The notes beneath the pieces were generated by a model. That model was not told the origin of the DNA. It searched no databases and saw only the letters and a program-made list of their open reading frames with translations. From contig JASHPB010000071.1 in the NCBI GenBank assembly GCA_030038355.1, positions 6,550 to 70,549 of the forward strand: 64,000 bases of DNA, in the 5' to 3' direction. Of the stretch, positions 63,071-64,000 are shown one piece after another. Every line of letters starts with the position of its first letter. The first letter of the stretch is position 1. Source of the DNA: Candidatus Binataceae bacterium (GTDB taxonomy: Bacteria > Desulfobacterota > Binatia > Binatales > Binataceae). The position numbers were made by a program, and so were the translations under genes.

Positions 63071-64000
63071 TTACGCGCCGCGGGCCGTGGGCGCCACTTC
63101 CTCGGCAAAGGCCTGGAACTCATCGTCATTCAAGATTGGCCACTGCGCGTTGAGGATAAAATGCGTCACACCAATCTCGGCGTAGGCTGCAATCTTGTCG
63201 AGGCACTCCTGCTTGCTACCGACCATTATGAGCGCTCGCGCCTGCTCCGGCGTGCGTCCAGAGATGGTCGCGATTCGCGACACGATCGCATTCTCCTTCT
63301 CGCGCGGCGCGCCGTAGCAAAGCGGTAGCATGATCGTCTTTTCAATCTCGTCGGTGTTGCGGCCGACGGTATCGCCGTGGCGCTCGATCACGCCAATGAG
63401 GCGCTTCATCTCGGCCGGGTCGGCATGCATCGTATTCCACATGTCGGCATGCTTCGCGACGATCTTCAGGAGTCCCTTCTCGCCGCGCCCGCCGATCATG
63501 AGCGGCACGCCGGGTTTCTGCACTGGCTTCGGATTCAGCACTGCTTCGTTCACATCGTAGTGCTTGCCGTGAAGCGTCGTGCGCTCCTGCGTGAACATGC
63601 CCTTGAGAATCTGGCATGACTCATCGAGAGCGGCGAGCCGTCCGCCCAGCGTCTTGAAATCGATGCCGAAGCTCCGGTGCTCGAGCTCGTACCATCCGGC
63701 GCCGATGCCGAGGTTAAGCCTGCCGGCGCTCGCCTGATCGAGCGTCGACGCCATCTTCGCCAGCACGCACGGATTCCGGTAGGTGTTGCTGTTGACCAGC
63801 GCGCCGATTCGCGCGCGGCTCGTATGCTGGCTGAGAGCGGCCAGCAGCGTCCAGCTTTCCATGCAAGGGCCGGCCGGATCGGGCGTGAAAATCGGATAGA
63901 AATGATCGAACGCCCAAATCGAGTCGTAACCCCAGGCGTCGAGCTTGCGCCACACGTCGCGCATACGGCTCCACTCGACGTTCTGCTGCCCGGCTTGAAA
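63071..64000 (-). CDS. LLM-class, probably F420-dependent, oxidoreductase (5' end outside window)
   Basis: DSIWAFDHF, ESWTLLAAL, YRNP, GIGAGW and IGGRGEK; frame open to the window edge. Confidence 0.9.
   Translation of the reverse strand, partial: FQAGQQNVEWSRMRDVWRKLDAWGYDSIWAFDHFYPIFTPDPAGPCMESWTLLAALSQHTSRARIGALVNSNTYRNPCVLAKMASTLDQASAGRLNLGIGAGWYELEHRSFGIDFKTLGGRLAALDESCQILKGMFTQERTTLHGKHYDVNEAVLNPKPVQKPGVPLMIGGRGEKGLLKIVAKHADMWNTMHADPAEMKRLIGVIERHGDTVGRNTDEIEKTIMLPLCYGAPREKENAIVSRIATISGRTPEQARALIMVGSKQECLDKIAAYAEIGVTHFILNAQWPILNDDEFQAFAEEVAPTARGA

Overview
GC-rich bacterial chromosomal window of about 45 intact CDS. Gene content and several lineage-typical hypothetical families suggest Candidatus Binatota (inference). 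Recognisable genes: ccmF and ccmE (Cys-type), lpxA, yacG, a WYL/YafY regulator, glgB, a DksA/TraR protein, a PAS kinase with receiver, CPA1 and CPA2 antiporters, aqpZ, two acyl-CoA dehydrogenases, an ECF sigma/anti-sigma/DUF3106 operon, an aldehyde dehydrogenase, two RND efflux loci, aceE-aceF, a CoA-transferase and an LLM oxidoreductase. I saw no rRNA, tRNA, CRISPR array or transposase. The main unexplained signal is a ~326-nt intergenic element (10831-11156) that folds into nested helices, with G-U pairing favouring the minus strand. It could be an unrecognised large ncRNA or a transposase-less IS110/IS1111-like guide-RNA element. Other highlights: a sigma54-driven module of an uncharacterised protein plus an altered nucleotidyltransferase next to a DksA with an acidic tail and AT-hook; two palindromic WYL operators; tandem AcrB-type RND permeases; and about ten decayed genes not shown by the ORF track, including a DUF6516/TumE-type toxin-antitoxin pair.
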